This document shows, in pieces, positions 62,438 to 64,000 of a DNA stretch of 64,000 bases. Each line of letters opens with the position of its first letter. Positions within the stretch are counted from its first letter, which is position 1. Below the pieces are notes generated by a model. That model saw only the letters and a program-made list of their open reading frames with translations, was not told the DNA's origin and searched no databases. This DNA comes from Amoebophrya sp. A120 (lineage: Eukaryota; Protista; Dinoflagellata). The position numbers and the translations under genes are program-made. The DNA is taken from the NCBI GenBank assembly GCA_905178155.1, contig CAJINV010000016.1:1-64000 (forward strand). Direction: 5' to 3'.

Positions 62438-64000
62438 GGAGGTAGGCCCAGGACGCTTTACCCAGCCCCAACGGCGCGGTCCAACGGGCCGCTCGGGTTT
62501 AGGGATACCACATGGAAGGAACGAAACGAAAGACATATCTACCTCGGTAGATCCTTTTCGTGTAGTAACTGGGATTTGGGGTCCCCCGTTCGCACTATAT
62601 CGGCTGGCAGATCCGTAGAAGCTATTGCACGTTTGCGATCTCCTCCCCTAGAGTGGGGAGGAGCGATGTAGAGTCATCGATATGTGCGTCTGGGGGACGT
62701 AGGTTTAGGTGAATTCTTGCCCCACCCCCCCACCCGAGTGGCCGTATACGTCGTGCCGGTTCGTCCGGACAGACGTTTGGTGGTGAGGCGTGCTGGGCCT
62801 CGGTTTTGGGAGGTAGGCCCAGGACGCTTTACCCAGCCCCAACGGCGCGGTCCAACGGGCCGCTCGGGTTTAGGGATACCACATGGAAGGAACGAAACGA
62901 AATGATTCTTCGATATTCATCTCTGTGGATCATGATCATGGATTTCTCTATTCACATCTGATTCTTGGATATCTTGATATAATATATCAATCATATTCGA
63001 ATATATTCCAGATATGTGCTCTGTTTGTTTGTTTATGTTCATGTGTCAATGTGGGAATGTGTTTATTCACCTTTTTCTCTAGTGTTATTTCAATAAAAAT
63101 CCATTGTTGTTCTCGATTTCCAATGTTGATTTTCCAATGATTTTCAGAATTCGAGAAGATGAAAAATTCCATCAAAATAACAAAATAAAAAATCAAGAAA
63201 ATTCATAATCCTGATGAGATTCTGACACCATGAAAATTTTTCAAGAAAAATTGAAAAATCGGTTGCTTCTTCATTCCATTACATAAAAAAAAAAAAAGGA
63301 AAAATGGAAAAATTTGCGTCACATTTTTGAAAATGATCAATATTCATTCTAATCGGATATCTTCCAAAGAACATCCCGACTATTATCCACAAAAAAATCC
63401 AAACTGATCTAACCTCAACATTTTTTCATGAAAAATCATCGATCCAAAGAACTGAATTTTTCTTTTATAGAAATATTCATCATCTTTCTTTCTTTCTTTC
63501 CATGTCCGGGCATGGCTTCAAATGTTCAAGGCCCTAATTCATCATCTCCATCATCTTGATAACATAGAGAGGGATCATTAGGGGTTATTATGATTTATTT
63601 CAATTAACGATGATCATGATGATATTCAATTTATGATGAAGATGGTTCTATGAGATGAGAAAGAATCGAATCCATATCATCCATCATGGATTGTCATCAT
63701 AGAATTTTGCGAATGATTTTTCTTGGATATGTATTATACAACTTCATATTGAAATAGAATAGAGAAGCGAGATCGATGAATATTTTCAATCGTTTTTCTT
63801 GAGAGGCAGGACATATCACGCAGCGTATTGATCATGTATGCAATCAACTCAATTGCAATGGTATTTCATCGGTTGAGATTGTCTGTCTTTGACTTTGATT
63901 GTCGTAGAACACACAGCAGTAAATTGTGCTTGTCCAGCGCCAGCCCAAAAATCAGATGAGCATGTAATTGTAGGCGGTTCTCAATCTCCCATATAAAAAA

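Noticed and set aside
1-64000. Autonomous transposase for the introners; dinoflagellate spliced-leader relic; tRNA or rRNA genes
   Set aside because: No DDE, tyrosine-recombinase or HUH motifs, no CCGTAGCCATTTTGGCTCAAG match and no structural RNA recognised by eye.

Overview
Eukaryotic (non-bacterial) DNA. Architecture suggests a Syndiniales dinoflagellate such as Amoebophrya; this is inferred, not confirmed by a search. Nine protein genes can be reconstructed, all on the + strand: a large NHL-repeat protein, a small hypothetical protein, an intronless UDP-glycosyltransferase, a syntaxin, a small Pro/Cys-rich protein, a myosin, a BMT5/DUF2431-like rRNA methyltransferase, a putatively secreted methyltransferase-like protein and a large hypothetical protein. 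The dominant signal is 65 non-canonical intervening elements (introner-like, mostly 110-390 bp) in about 13 sequence families, delimited by hand. They share one grammar: 5-bp direct repeat | TAT...family-specific terminal inverted repeat...ATA | 5-bp direct repeat, with an internal TGTNATGC/GCATNACA octamer. Removing an element plus one repeat copy restores the reading frame in all 63 coding cases, whichever way the element is oriented; the other 2 lie just after stop codons. One element carries a nested Helitron/Helentron-like insertion. No transposase, rRNA, tRNA or CRISPR array was seen. The right end is repeat-rich and contains an assembly gap.
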